The notes beneath the pieces are model-generated. The model worked only from the letters and a program-made list of their open reading frames with translations. It was not told where the DNA came from and searched no databases. From a virus (lineage: Duplodnaviria; Caudoviricetes), in IMG/VR virus record IMGVR_UViG_3300030330_002422, positions 3,574 to 67,573 of that record: a stretch of DNA of 64,000 nucleotides, one strand, 5' to 3'. Position numbers and translations under genes: made by a program. This document shows, in pieces, positions 48,408 through 57,495 of this stretch; position 1 is the stretch's first letter; each line of letters opens with the position of its first letter.

Positions 48408-50117
48408 ATGATTCAAGAGATCAATGGATTTTTGATTGATAAGTACAATCAATACGACCTAAAAGATGGTGCAACGCAAGGGATTTGTCCCTTGTGTTCC
48501 CACAATAGGAAACCTAAAAATCAGAAGCTGCAATGCGCTTCTTATGATTGGGAACGTGGTCTCGGTACATGTCACAATTGTGATACTAGTTTTCAACTTC
48601 ATACCTATCAACGCAAGGGTGCAAGCGAGAAGGTTTACACTAGACCTACTGAGCCCACTGACTTAAACGAGGTAGGTACGAAAGTTGAAGAATGGTTTAA
48701 ATCACGTGGTATATCATCAGCTTCCCTTCGTGACTTAAAAGTTACCACAGGTGAAGAATATATGCCACAGACAGGTAAACTTGAGAATACAATTCAATTT
48801 AACTATTACATGGGTGATCAACTCATAAACGTTAAATACCGAGATGGACGTAAGAACTTTAAGCTTTATAAAGGAGCTGAAAAAGTATTCTACAACATCA
48901 ACAGTATTGTAGGTTATGATACTTGTGTAATAGTTGAAGGCGAAATGGATGTGTTAGCGTTACACGAGGCTGGTATACCAAATGTTATATCAGTTCCAAA
49001 TGGCGCTACGCTAAACCGTAACAATCTAGATTACTTAGATAATTGTATTGACTACTTTGATGATAAAACTAAAATAATAATCGCTGTTGATGCAGACGAG
49101 CCTGGCCAAATGCTACAACGTGAGCTTGTTAGACGTCTTGGAGCAGAAGTATGTTACATTATAGATTTTAATGGTAACAAAGACGCTAACGACTACTTGC
49201 TTGAGCATGGTACAGAAGCGCTACGTAATGCTATACACACTGCAAGACCAGTACCGTTAGAAAACGTATCAACACTAAAAGATATAGAAGATGAACTTAA
49301 AGACTTTGTTAAAAATGGATTTAAACCAGGATTTCAAATCGGACTTAAAAACTTTGATTCTATTTTCAGTACTTACACCGGTCAGTTTATTACTGTTACC
49401 GGCGTACCTAGCTCTGGGAAGTCTGACTTCGTTGACCAGATGGTTGTGGGATATAACCAACTCTATGGTTGGAAGACTGCGTATGCTAGTCCTGAAAACC
49501 AACCAGTCTATTTGCACGCGCACAAGCTCATGAGAAAGCATTGGCAAGATATGCCAAGTGTGGGTGATATAGGCGGCAATAAATGGGAGCAGGTATCAAA
49601 CCATGTTAATGATAATTATTTCTTCATTGATATGGATAAGTACAACTTAGAAGCTGTATTACGCAAAGGCGCTGAGCTTGTTAAACGTAAGGGTATTAAA
49701 TGTTTAGTTCTAGACCCATTTAATAAGATCAGAGACACAAACGCGGTGTCAGATGATGTAAACCGTTATACAATGGATTATCTGGCTAAAATCGAAGCTT
49801 TTTGTAAAAAGTACGATGTGTTAACCTTTATAGTTGCTCACCCAACCAAAATGTACAAAGGTCAAGATGGCAAGATGGAAGAGCCAACAATGTACAATAT
49901 CAAAGGTGGTGGTGAGTGGTACGACGCTAGTTATCATGGTTTGTTAGTGCACAGAGATTATGAAGCTAAAACAACTAAGGTTAAAGTACTTAAAGTTAAG
50001 TTTCAAAATCTTGGTGAAAATGGTGCTGAATCCTTTTTTACATGGGAACCGAGATCTGGTAGCTTTGTTCCACACGAAGACGTTGTTACTGAAACAGAGC
50101 CAATGCCCTGGGAATAA
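48408..50117 (+). CDS. primase-helicase (T7 gp4/Twinkle-like)
   Basis: Zn ribbon CPLC..CHNC, Toprim IVEGEMD..AVDADEPG..KDAND, Walker A TGVPSSGKS, LVLDP, HPTK. Confidence 0.92.
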   Translation: MIQEINGFLIDKYNQYDLKDGATQGICPLCSHNRKPKNQKLQCASYDWERGLGTCHNCDTSFQLHTYQRKGASEKVYTRPTEPTDLNEVGTKVEEWFKSRGISSASLRDLKVTTGEEYMPQTGKLENTIQFNYYMGDQLINVKYRDGRKNFKLYKGAEKVFYNINSIVGYDTCVIVEGEMDVLALHEAGIPNVISVPNGATLNRNNLDYLDNCIDYFDDKTKIIIAVDADEPGQMLQRELVRRLGAEVCYIIDFNGNKDANDYLLEHGTEALRNAIHTARPVPLENVSTLKDIEDELKDFVKNGFKPGFQIGLKNFDSIFSTYTGQFITVTGVPSSGKSDFVDQMVVGYNQLYGWKTAYASPENQPVYLHAHKLMRKHWQDMPSVGDIGGNKWEQVSNHVNDNYFFIDMDKYNLEAVLRKGAELVKRKGIKCLVLDPFNKIRDTNAVSDDVNRYTMDYLAKIEAFCKKYDVLTFIVAHPTKMYKGQDGKMEEPTMYNIKGGGEWYDASYHGLLVHRDYEAKTTKVKVLKVKFQNLGENGAESFFTWEPRSGSFVPHEDVVTETEPMPWE

Positions 50118-50389
50118 TGTGGAAGTTTAAAAAGAATACTGGTAGAAATCCTGGTGCACATTCATATACTAAAGAAGACATAAAGCACGTTGGTTGGTGT
50201 ATGAATAAAAACATATCAGTAGCTGTTTGCCCGTATTGGGAAGGTTCAAGCGATGAATGGAAGATAGAAATTAAAATTAACAAAAAAGTACATTTGGACC
50301 CAGCTGTTTACAAAGCTGATGAAGCTTATAAAAAAATGTATGAATATTATAAATACTACTATGACAAATACAATAAAACATCTAAGTAA
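50117..50389 (+). CDS. hypothetical protein
   Basis: 90 aa, TAATG coupled. Confidence 0.55.
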   Translation: MWKFKKNTGRNPGAHSYTKEDIKHVGWCMNKNISVAVCPYWEGSSDEWKIEIKINKKVHLDPAVYKADEAYKKMYEYYKYYYDKYNKTSK

Positions 50390-50490
50390 AACAACTATTA
50401 AACTAACTCGTTTAGGTGAATCTGTTATACTAACAGAAATAAAACATCCTAAAAAAGAAAAAGTTTACTATAAAATAAACAACAAATTTT

Positions 50491-51147
50491 ATGCTTAATA
50501 CAATAAACAATAAAGTTTTTAGAAATGCAAACGAAGCTTACGAGTACTTACACGACCGCATCATACAAGACGGCGTAGACTTTGCAGGTACTAAAGCCTT
50601 GTTTAATGTAGGTTTTTATATTACAAACTCACAAGACAACAAGATAATAAACAGAGAGCGTAATTGGAAAGAAGATTATGCTGAAGCTGAATGGCAATGG
50701 TATTTATCTGGTGATCGCAATATAGCTAAGCTTGGCGAGTTGTATGGTAAAGTTCCAGCTATATGGAAGCGTATGGCTGATGCTGATGGCAATGTAAACT
50801 CTAACTATGGTTGGCAATGGGAAAGAACTAGTCAACTAGATATTATTGTGCAAATGCTAAAAGATAATCCTGAAACTAGACAAGCTGCAATATCTATTTA
50901 CGACGCTAAAGAGATAAGCGATTATACTAACGACACACCTTGTACTTACGCTGTACAATTTACAATAGTACATGGTAGACTTGATATGTGTGTGACTATG
51001 CGTAGCAACGATTTATGGTATGGTTTTTGTAATGATCAATATTGTTTTTCTAAACTACAAGGATTAATTGCTTTTAAACTAGATATTGAACCAGGTGTAT
51101 ATTATCATTTTGCACATAATATGCATCTATATAATGACAAAATATGA
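50491..51147 (+). CDS. dCMP hydroxymethylase-like (thymidylate synthase superfamily)
   Basis: Catalytic Cys in DTPCTYAVQF. MRSNDLWYGFCND puts Asp at the E. coli ThyA N177 position. PAIWKRMADADGNVNSNYGW parallels T4 gp42 (PKIWQQVASSKGEINSNYGW, recalled from memory). Confidence 0.75.
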   Translation: MLNTINNKVFRNANEAYEYLHDRIIQDGVDFAGTKALFNVGFYITNSQDNKIINRERNWKEDYAEAEWQWYLSGDRNIAKLGELYGKVPAIWKRMADADGNVNSNYGWQWERTSQLDIIVQMLKDNPETRQAAISIYDAKEISDYTNDTPCTYAVQFTIVHGRLDMCVTMRSNDLWYGFCNDQYCFSKLQGLIAFKLDIEPGVYYHFAHNMHLYNDKI

Positions 51148-51977
51148 CGTATTGTATATACCATATACCGGGTGTAAAAATAGGTGTAACAAACAATGTA
51201 AGATACAGGGTTGAAGAGCAACAAGGTTATAAAGAAGGAGAATATGAAATAGTTGAAATGTCAGACGACATAAACTACATCTCTGAAAAAGAACACGAGC
51301 TTCAACGTAAGTACGGTTATAGAGTAGACCGAAAACTATACTCTGAATTATTTAATAACAATTTTATAAAATTAGGAAACATGAATATTAACGTAACAGA
51401 AATGACAACAACGTTTCCATGTCCTGTTAACAAATTAAAAGGACGACTAATGGATAACAAAGGTATGAGATGGAATATAGCTGATAGTTCAGTTGTGATA
51501 ACAGACAACACTATAGACTGGATCATGGACAATGTCAAATCATCTCAATACACAAATGATAGGTGTTATATATATAACAAAGCTTTTGTTAGATGGTTTG
51601 ATAATAACGATGCATACGGTGGTAAAACTAGAACAGGTGCTCTAGCACCAACAGGTGTAAGATGTGCGCAGCCTGATTGTAGTAACGAAACCTTATTTGA
51701 CTGTATAAGATCTTGGGCTAATGAAAGAGGTTTATATGACAAGGGTGATGTTAAAACACAGTATATAAAATTAATGGAGGAAACAGGCGAAATAGGTAGA
51801 GCTATACTAAAACAAGACACTGAAGAAGTTATTGATGGTATTGGCGATGCTGTAGTTGTGCTAACTAATTTAGCTGAACTAGTTGGTGTACCTATTGAAG
51901 ACTGTATGCAGCAAGCTTATAATGTAATAAGCAAGAGAACAGGTAAAATGGTTAACGGAACATTTAAAAAAGATTAA
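51144..51977 (+). CDS. fusion: GIY-YIG-like N-terminus plus MazG-like NTP pyrophosphohydrolase
   Basis: YCIYHIPGVKIGVT at the N-terminus; C-terminal WANERGL..QYIKLMEETGEI..EEVIDGIGDAVVVL. Confidence 0.7.
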   Translation: MTYCIYHIPGVKIGVTNNVRYRVEEQQGYKEGEYEIVEMSDDINYISEKEHELQRKYGYRVDRKLYSELFNNNFIKLGNMNINVTEMTTTFPCPVNKLKGRLMDNKGMRWNIADSSVVITDNTIDWIMDNVKSSQYTNDRCYIYNKAFVRWFDNNDAYGGKTRTGALAPTGVRCAQPDCSNETLFDCIRSWANERGLYDKGDVKTQYIKLMEETGEIGRAILKQDTEEVIDGIGDAVVVLTNLAELVGVPIEDCMQQAYNVISKRTGKMVNGTFKKD

Positions 51978-51978
51978 T

Positions 51979-52290
51979 ATGAGCGATAGAGAAATTATGG
52001 ACGGCAAAAACGGTATCGTAGCTAGAAAGTCTTACGGCTTTCGCGACCCAGTTGTTAAAAACGTAGTTGACAAATTTATTAAAAGATCTGATGTAGGTTA
52101 TGAAAAATATAACAATACATTAGATGATGAACGTAGATTTAAAATGAAAGACCTTCAAGGTTATTTAAACGATATACAAGAAGAATTAATGGATGCTATA
52201 TTGTATATTCAAACTGCTAGAGAAGAGCTTCGTGATTTATCTGAAGAAGCTTTAATCGATAAGTTTAATACCGATGAAGAAGAAATATAA
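51979..52290 (+). CDS. second MazG-fold/all-alpha dNTP pyrophosphatase-like protein
   Basis: RSDVGYEKYNNTL..YLNDIQEELMDAILYI (EExxD). Confidence 0.5.
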   Translation: MSDREIMDGKNGIVARKSYGFRDPVVKNVVDKFIKRSDVGYEKYNNTLDDERRFKMKDLQGYLNDIQEELMDAILYIQTAREELRDLSEEALIDKFNTDEEEI

Positions 52291-52729
52291 AAAGAAAAAA
52301 GGACCTGTCAGAGCTAAAAAAGTTAGCTTTGACGGGATAACCTTTGCTTCTGGTCTAGAGAGATATATGTACCAAGCATTAAAAAAAGCTAAAATACACG
52401 CTGATTATGAAGGGTGTACGTTTACTTTACAAGAAGACTTTATGTTTAATATTGAGAGTTACGAAAGACAAAGCAATGGTAAAGGCGAAATGGTTAATAG
52501 AGGCAATAAAAAAATATTGCCAATTAAGTACACGCCAGACTTTGTTGGAAGTGACTTTGTTATTGAGTGTAAAGGTAGAGCTAACGAAAGCTTCCCAATG
52601 CGATGGAAACTATTTAAAAATTATGTAAACCACAAAATGACTCATGTGACTTTATATAAACCTCAAAACCAAAAGGAGTGCGATAAAGTAATAGAGTTAA
52701 TAACAAAAAAAAGAAAAACAAATGAATGA
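52274..52729 (+). CDS. T7 endonuclease I-like Holliday junction resolvase
   Basis: FASGLE..YE..KYTPDF..VIECKG. Confidence 0.8.
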   Translation: MKKKYKKKKGPVRAKKVSFDGITFASGLERYMYQALKKAKIHADYEGCTFTLQEDFMFNIESYERQSNGKGEMVNRGNKKILPIKYTPDFVGSDFVIECKGRANESFPMRWKLFKNYVNHKMTHVTLYKPQNQKECDKVIELITKKRKTNE

Positions 52730-52862
52730 TAAATGGCAATTAAGCTTTGGGACTTTTCCAGGTATATTATTTGGAGCTAGGTCTTATGTAGAAAAAACAA
52801 GAACGAACCATGTGTTGTATATTGGGTTTATAGATGTGTGTTTAACAACTTATAATAATTAA
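52722..52862 (+). CDS. small hypothetical protein (46 aa)
   Basis: Hand-translated MNDKWQLSFGTFPGILFGARSY...HVLYIGFIDVCLTTYNN. Confidence 0.5.
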   Translation: MNDKWQLSFGTFPGILFGARSYVEKTRTNHVLYIGFIDVCLTTYNN

Positions 52863-52863
52863 T

Positions 52864-54717
52864 ATGAGCGATATATTATCAGACATCACTGTTCACATGA
52901 AATATGCAAAGTATATTCCTGAGCTAAACAGAAGAGAAACTTGGGAAGAGCTAGTGGACAGAAATAAAGCAATGCATATTAAAAAATACCCAAGTTTAGA
53001 AAACGACATTAACACCTATTATAAATACGTATATGATAAAAAAGTTTTACCAAGTATGCGCTCGCTTCAGTTTGGTGGTAAGCCAATTGAAATTAGCCCG
53101 AATAGATTATACAATTGCGCTTACTTACCTATTGATCACATTGATAGCTTCAGCGAAGTTATGTTTCTTTTATTATCTGGTTGTGGCGTAGGTTATTCTG
53201 TGCAACTACACAGTATTAAAAAACTACCAGAAATAATTAAACCTCATTTAAAAAGATCAAGAAGGTTTGTTATTGGCGACAGTATTGAAGGTTGGTCAGA
53301 CTCTATTAAAGTACTTATAAAGTCTTATATGGGCGGCAAAAAAACATCTAAAATAAATTTTGACTACTCTGATATTAGGCCTAAAGGTGCTAGACTGGTT
53401 ACGTCTGGTGGTAAAGCTCCGGGACCTCAACCATTAAAAGAATGTTTAATTAAAATACAAGGAATATTAGATGCGAAACAAGATGGTGAAACTCTTACTT
53501 CTCTTGAAGTACACGATATTATTTGTCACATTGCTGATGCTGTCCTTGCTGGTGGTATTCGTAGAGCAGCTCTTATTAGTTTATTTTCGGCTTACGACGA
53601 AGAAATGATAGCTTGCAAGTCAGGTAATTGGTGGGAAACAAATCCACAAAGAGGTAGAGCTAATAACTCAGCAGTACTAATGAGACATAAAATAACTAAA
53701 GAGTTTTTTATGGACCTATGGAAACGTATTGAGCTATCTGGTTCTGGAGAACCTGGTATATACTTTAATAACGATAAAGACTGGGGAACCAATCCATGTT
53801 GTGAGATAGCGTTAAGACCTTTTCAGTTTTGTAACTTATGCGAGGTAAATGTGTCTGATGTAGATACACAAGAAGAACTAAACCAAAGAGTTGCTGCTGC
53901 CGCTTTTATAGGTACTCTTCAAGCAGGTTATACAGAGTTTCATTATCTTAGAGAAGTTTGGCAAGAGACTACAGAAAAAGATGCTTTACTAGGTGTATCA
54001 ATGACAGGTATTGGTAGCGGTAAAGTTTTAAAGTTAGACTTAAACGAAGCTGCTGATCAAGTTAAAATAATGAATAAAGTTGTATCTAAGGTTATAGGTA
54101 TAAAACCAGCGGCTAGAACAACATGTGTAAAACCTGCAGGGACAACATCTCTGGTGTTAGGAACATCTTCTGGTATACATGCATGGCATAATGATTATTA
54201 TGTTCGTAGACTGCGTGTGGGTAAAAACGAAGCTATATACACATATCTTAATGCTAATCACCCTGAATTAATTGAAGATGAGTATTTTAGACCTCATGAT
54301 ACTGCTGTAATATCGGTTCCACAAAAAGCGCCTGAAGGCTCTATAATTAGAACAGAGTCTCCGTTTGATACTTTGAAAAGAGTTAAAAAAGTAGCTACAG
54401 AGTGGGTTAAGTCTGGACATATAAAAGGTTCTAACACTCACAATGTTTCAGCTACAATTAGTTTAAAAACTGATGAGTGGAAAAAAGCAGGTAAATGGAT
54501 GTGGGAAAATAGAGACCATTACAACGGCCTGTCTGTTCTACCTTATGATGGTGGTAGTTACACCCAAGCTCCGTTTGAGGACATTAACGAAGCTAAGTAT
54601 AATAAAATGTCTAAGGTATTATCTAAAATAGATTTAACAAAAGTAATAGAATTAGAAGATAATACCGATTTAAAAGGTGAGCTAGCTTGTGCTGGCGGTA
54701 ATTGTGAAATTAACTAA
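52864..54717 (+). CDS. nrdJ: class II (B12-dependent) ribonucleotide reductase, monomeric RTPR type
   Basis: LPSMRSLQFGG, NCAY, GGIRRAALISL, TNPCCEI, FCNLCE, VKPAGTTS, C-terminal CAGGNC; no nrdB partner. Confidence 0.92.
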   Translation: MSDILSDITVHMKYAKYIPELNRRETWEELVDRNKAMHIKKYPSLENDINTYYKYVYDKKVLPSMRSLQFGGKPIEISPNRLYNCAYLPIDHIDSFSEVMFLLLSGCGVGYSVQLHSIKKLPEIIKPHLKRSRRFVIGDSIEGWSDSIKVLIKSYMGGKKTSKINFDYSDIRPKGARLVTSGGKAPGPQPLKECLIKIQGILDAKQDGETLTSLEVHDIICHIADAVLAGGIRRAALISLFSAYDEEMIACKSGNWWETNPQRGRANNSAVLMRHKITKEFFMDLWKRIELSGSGEPGIYFNNDKDWGTNPCCEIALRPFQFCNLCEVNVSDVDTQEELNQRVAAAAFIGTLQAGYTEFHYLREVWQETTEKDALLGVSMTGIGSGKVLKLDLNEAADQVKIMNKVVSKVIGIKPAARTTCVKPAGTTSLVLGTSSGIHAWHNDYYVRRLRVGKNEAIYTYLNANHPELIEDEYFRPHDTAVISVPQKAPEGSIIRTESPFDTLKRVKKVATEWVKSGHIKGSNTHNVSATISLKTDEWKKAGKWMWENRDHYNGLSVLPYDGGSYTQAPFEDINEAKYNKMSKVLSKIDLTKVIELEDNTDLKGELACAGGNCEIN

Positions 54718-54726
54718 AATTAAATT

Positions 54727-54918
54727 ATGAACAAAATCGAAACAAAACTAAAACAAATGCTTGATACATTAATAGCAACACAGACTGATTATGATAAGTT
54801 TGAAGGCGGAAACAAATCTGCTGGAACTAGACTCAGGAAGTCAATGCAAGAGATAAAGACTTTAGCTCAAGAAGTTAGAGTTGAAGTCCAACAGCAGAAG
54901 AACTCTGTGTTGGTTTAA
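54727..54918 (+). CDS. histone H1-like (Hc1-family) nucleoid protein
   Basis: DYDKFEGGNKSAGTRLRKSMQEIKTLAQEVR matches the Hc1 N-terminal motif. Confidence 0.75.
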   Translation: MNKIETKLKQMLDTLIATQTDYDKFEGGNKSAGTRLRKSMQEIKTLAQEVRVEVQQQKNSVLV

Positions 54919-54921
54919 TAT

Positions 54922-54946
54922 AAAAGGGGCGAAAGCCCCTTTTTTT
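54922..54946. terminator. bidirectional rho-independent terminator
   Basis: AAAAGGGGC-GAAA-GCCCCTTTTTTT between the converging gene arms. Confidence 0.9.
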
Positions 54947-55415
54947 ATTTCATTTCCTCGTGAATATAAGCGGTTCTACCAAACTCTTTTTTAGCTATAG
55001 TTAGCTTTTTTCTATTTGGCCTATGTGTAACGTAACTTACGTGAACCCAATTAGGATTTTCATTATCACCAAACTCCCATATTAACTGATCAAAGTCTAA
55101 ATGATCTTTTATAAAATGATACATTTCAGCATTGGTCATTCTACCAAACGTATCATCAATATCCATAGCTTGACCTTTCATGTGTTGAGAGTATTTACTT
55201 CCACCAATAGCTGTGTTAACTGGCTCGCCTCTAAAAAAACTATTTATTTTTATTGGCCCGCCAACATAAGCTCTTAATGGTTCAAATATATTTTCAGCAA
55301 CTTCTTTCATACATTTTAATTGCTCTTCATTTGGTGTGTTGTCTAAGCCTTTTCTTTCAGCTGTTCTGCTATACACACCTTCTTTATAACTAACGTGTTT
55401 ACTTATTCTTTCCAT
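54945..55415 (-). CDS. endolysin, peptidase M15A family
   Basis: INSFFR..N..IGGSKYSQHMKGQAMDI..FDQLIWEF..WVHVS. Confidence 0.88.
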   Translation of the reverse strand: MERISKHVSYKEGVYSRTAERKGLDNTPNEEQLKCMKEVAENIFEPLRAYVGGPIKINSFFRGEPVNTAIGGSKYSQHMKGQAMDIDDTFGRMTNAEMYHFIKDHLDFDQLIWEFGDNENPNWVHVSYVTHRPNRKKLTIAKKEFGRTAYIHEEMK

Positions 55416-55419
55416 AATT

Positions 55420-55818
55420 TTAAAATGTTATTACTATACTAACCGATGCATCGCCAACTGAACCATCTCTTTCAAGAGTGAACTGTAAGCCTTTTTCAGA
55501 TGGGTTTATAGGTATATCATCACTGTCTAACTTTAACGCAGCTCCAACAGGTATTTTTACTTTAGTATATAATTGTATTACAGTAGAAGGAATTGCTACC
55601 GCTACACTAATGAAACAACTAACAGTGTCAGAGGTGTTTGCTATAACCACGCTAGAAGGTTGTTGAGCTGTTGCAATAGCTTGAGTAGTAGAACTAGCTG
55701 TTGATACATTAGCGTGTACATAATTTTTTATAACACCAGTTATGTTTTTATTGGTTGTTTTCTCTTTTATTGAAGGTGGTATATACCTTCTTCTTGAAAC
55801 TATACTTTTTTTAGGCAT
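55420..55818 (-). CDS. putative structural protein
   Basis: 132 aa, beta-rich, in the tail-fibre block. Confidence 0.45.
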   Translation of the reverse strand: MPKKSIVSRRRYIPPSIKEKTTNKNITGVIKNYVHANVSTASSTTQAIATAQQPSSVVIANTSDTVSCFISVAVAIPSTVIQLYTKVKIPVGAALKLDSDDIPINPSEKGLQFTLERDGSVGDASVSIVITF

Positions 55819-55828
55819 ATTGTTTTTT

Positions 55829-57121
55829 TTATGGTATTAAAGTTTTTAATACTATTGTGAATGATCCCCATAGTAAACCGTTACTATTACTCATGGCCTC
55901 ATCAAGACCAACGGCAGGAAACAACAAATCTCCTTGTGCTAAATCAGTATTTAAACCTGATGTTTCTAACTTTAAAAATCTATTCTTTCTATTACCAGTT
56001 GAGGTATCATATTTGTCTATTGCTACACAAGTAGCTGTAACATCAGTGTTGTTACTATCAGAAGGTTCTGCAGCCCTAAACAAACCTACAACAGGTCTAG
56101 CAGTGTTAGGTGTTGTATTGTTTGTTCTACAGTTACCATAAAAACCGTCTAGCTTACAAGCTTTCGGTATAACAAAAGCAGATGGTTGATCTAAATAATC
56201 TATTTCTATTGTTGAAGACCCAACACTAGAAGCGGCTGGAGTATGACTAGCTGGTTCAGGAGATCCGCCAGTTGTGTGTGAGTTGTTCCACAAATAGTAT
56301 TCAGGTCCATTTTGACTAGGTGTATGCCAAGCTTCAGATGTACAACCATTAACTTTAAATGAAAAATGTAAATATTGGTAGCTATATCTAGCGTCAACGT
56401 GTGATTTTAAACCAGCGGGCGTTACCGCTCTAGCGGTATCAGTACCCGTATCAGCTTCGCTTGTTGTAGCTAGCTCAACAATACCTTTGTTACTATCACT
56501 AGCGTCTTCACCCGCTACAGTTATAGTCGTATCAGCATTAGTTACATCTATACCCTCACCACCTAAAACCTCAAAAGTAATATTACCAGAAGAACCTATA
56601 CAGTTAGCATCACCGGTATCTGTAGTAAACTTAACAGCTGTTATATCACCTGTATTGCTAGTAAATCCAGAATCGTTATTTAAGGAGCTTATGTTTATGC
56701 TGCCTAATGATGTAACGCCTGTCCCTCCATTTGCTACAGGTAAAGTTCCCGTTACATCAGCTGCTAAGTCAATAGCATTTCTAGTTATTTCTTGCCCTGA
56801 TAAAGTTATATAATCTAAACTTCCAGCTAATGTTACGTTAGTTGAGTTATCTGTACCAGCAGCGTCTACACCTAAAGAAGTTCTAGCTGCCGCCGCTGTG
56901 TTCGCGTTTGTACCCCCGTTAGCTATTGGTAAAACACCAGTTACGTCGCTGGTTAAATCTGTTGTACCGCCACCACCTACAGTGTTCTTTACTATTTTGT
57001 TGTTTGAGTCTAAACCTAAATTGGAACCGCTAGCAATAGTACCGGTTTCAATATCTTCTAAATAAACGTCGCTTCTAAACCTAGATATTAACTGCCATAT
57101 ATGTTGGCCTATCCATTTCAT
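55829..57121 (-). CDS. tail fibre protein
   Basis: Repeats DVTG(V/T)LP(I/V)ANGGT and KGIVELATTSEADTGTDTARAVTPAGLK are typical fibre motifs. Confidence 0.8.
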   Translation of the reverse strand: MKWIGQHIWQLISRFRSDVYLEDIETGTIASGSNLGLDSNNKIVKNTVGGGGTTDLTSDVTGVLPIANGGTNANTAAAARTSLGVDAAGTDNSTNVTLAGSLDYITLSGQEITRNAIDLAADVTGTLPVANGGTGVTSLGSINISSLNNDSGFTSNTGDITAVKFTTDTGDANCIGSSGNITFEVLGGEGIDVTNADTTITVAGEDASDSNKGIVELATTSEADTGTDTARAVTPAGLKSHVDARYSYQYLHFSFKVNGCTSEAWHTPSQNGPEYYLWNNSHTTGGSPEPASHTPAASSVGSSTIEIDYLDQPSAFVIPKACKLDGFYGNCRTNNTTPNTARPVVGLFRAAEPSDSNNTDVTATCVAIDKYDTSTGNRKNRFLKLETSGLNTDLAQGDLLFPAVGLDEAMSNSNGLLWGSFTIVLKTLIP

Positions 57122-57124
57122 TTA

Positions 57125-57490
57125 TTACGACTTAGTCCAGTAACCAAATTCTAATACACACGCAGAAGTGTTGGCTGTAGCTTCTAAACCAACAGCACCT
57201 TTAACAGGTAAGAAAGCCCACTCTGTAGGACCCAAATCCATAACAGCTGTACCATCATCTAATTTTACAGTTATAATATTAGACGTATCTACGTTTTTTA
57301 AATAAACGTAAGTTATAGAAGCGTTGTCAGCTGTAGTTAACACATTGTATTGTCCAGAAGTAGCAACTGAGACTCTAGAAATATTTACCTGTGGGTTTGT
57401 TACAGATAAAGCATCTGTATAAGTTAAGTCTAAAGCGTTACTACTAGCGTCAGTGCTAGTTAGCACAATTTTAGCATTTAATGTAGCCAT
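57125..57490 (-). CDS. putative structural protein
   Basis: 121 aa, beta-rich. Confidence 0.45.
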   Translation of the reverse strand: MATLNAKIVLTSTDASSNALDLTYTDALSVTNPQVNISRVSVATSGQYNVLTTADNASITYVYLKNVDTSNIITVKLDDGTAVMDLGPTEWAFLPVKGAVGLEATANTSACVLEFGYWTKS

Positions 57491-57495
57491 AGTTT

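Noticed and set aside
50491-51147. Plain thyA annotation
   Set aside because: Asp rather than Asn at the specificity position and gp42-like flanking motifs argue for a dCMP substrate.
26510-54717. Introns or inteins in terminase, helicase or RNR
   Set aside because: All are single ORFs of ordinary length with contiguous motifs; no splicing motifs seen.
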